From: Candidatus Eiseniibacteriota bacterium
Lineage (GTDB): Bacteria > Eisenbacteria > RBG-16-71-46 > CAZEPH01
DNA: 64,000 bases
Direction of reading: 5' to 3'
NCBI GenBank assembly: GCA_044229145.1
Contig: JBGATO010000002.1
Location: forward strand, 45,873 to 109,872
Within the stretch, counting starts at the first letter, position 1. Every line of letters starts with the position of its first letter. Positions 63,710 to 64,000 of this stretch are shown in pieces. Under the pieces are notes generated by a model. The model ran no database searches. It worked only from the letters and a program-made list of their open reading frames with translations, and was not told the DNA's origin. The position numbers and the translations under genes are program-made.

Positions 63710-64000
63710 TTGCTTCCGTTCTCATCCGCCCCCGCGAAGTTTGGATCGCCCGATGACGTGTTGCGTCAGGTGTTTGGCTATGCGGAGTTCCGGCCGGGAC
63801 AGCAGGCGATCATCGACTCGGTGCTCGCGGGGCGCGACTGCATCGGCGTGATGCCGACCGGCGCGGGGAAGTCGCTGACGTTCCAGGTGCCCGCAAAGAT
63901 CCTCGGCGGGACCGTGCTGGTGATTTCGCCGCTCATCTCACTGATGAAGGATCAGGTGGACGCGCTGGTGCGGTTCGGGTTCAAGGCGACCGCGTTGAAC
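63710..64000 (+). CDS. recQ: ATP-dependent DNA helicase RecQ (N-terminal fragment, continues past window end)
   Basis: TTG 63710 preceded by CAGGAGACA. VLRQVFGYAEFRPGQQAIIDSVLAGRDCIGVMPTGAGKSLTFQVPA is the RecQ helicase motif 0/I region. Confidence 0.8.
   Translation, partial: MLPFSSAPAKFGSPDDVLRQVFGYAEFRPGQQAIIDSVLAGRDCIGVMPTGAGKSLTFQVPAKILGGTVLVISPLISLMKDQVDALVRFGFKATALN

Noticed and set aside
1-64000. Search for CRISPR arrays, tRNA/rRNA genes, IS elements and integrases
   Set aside because: No repeat-spacer arrays and no transposase/integrase-like ORFs. Intergenic spaces are mostly <350 bp and fully accounted for by promoters and terminators. tRNA cannot be excluded rigorously by eye, but no cloverleaf-like candidates were found in the few spacers.

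Overview
High-GC (roughly 70%+) chromosomal segment, densely packed with ~55 protein-coding genes on both strands. I found no rRNA, tRNA, CRISPR array, transposase or integrase. Because every frame of such GC-rich DNA gives long open frames, I called genes from protein-family signatures (R/P-rich shadow frames versus A/L/V/D/E-rich real frames) and checked each start codon on the DNA. Four secreted proteins end in a TIGR04183-like (Por/T9SS-type) C-terminal sorting domain, which points to an FCB-group organism, plausibly Gemmatimonadota; that assignment is inference only.

Content, in order:
- Housekeeping and respiration: sdhCAB, acs, sbcCD, recQ (partial), mscL, sppA.
- Membrane transport: MFS, two DMT/EamA, SulP, an ABC-2 system, a TonB-dependent receptor.
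- Catabolism: kynA (tryptophan 2,3-dioxygenase) beside a divergent MEMO1/LigB-superfamily gene; a 4-gene SDR, LLM-oxidoreductase, asparaginase-II-family, ALDH operon; a LigB-type beta/alpha extradiol dioxygenase pair whose alpha subunit is fused to a RidA deaminase domain (amnB/amnA-amnD-like).
- A mazEF toxin-antitoxin pair.
- A LytS-type histidine kinase and LytTR response regulator bracketing a secreted helical protein and a TonB receptor.
- A lone short secretin.
- A BNR, MoaD-like, Cys-motif GNAT operon.

Most unusual observations:
- sbcC is in at least three reading frames, with ~6 apparent frame changes in its coiled-coil region.
- A 1-nt frameshift near the 3' end of a tandem-GNAT gene.
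- A 1357-aa secreted protein built from a ~600-aa internal tandem duplication, whose second copy contains a ~1 kb low-GC segment.
- An mscL with a Cys4 zinc-ribbon-like tail.
- A DMT transporter with a long His-rich tail.
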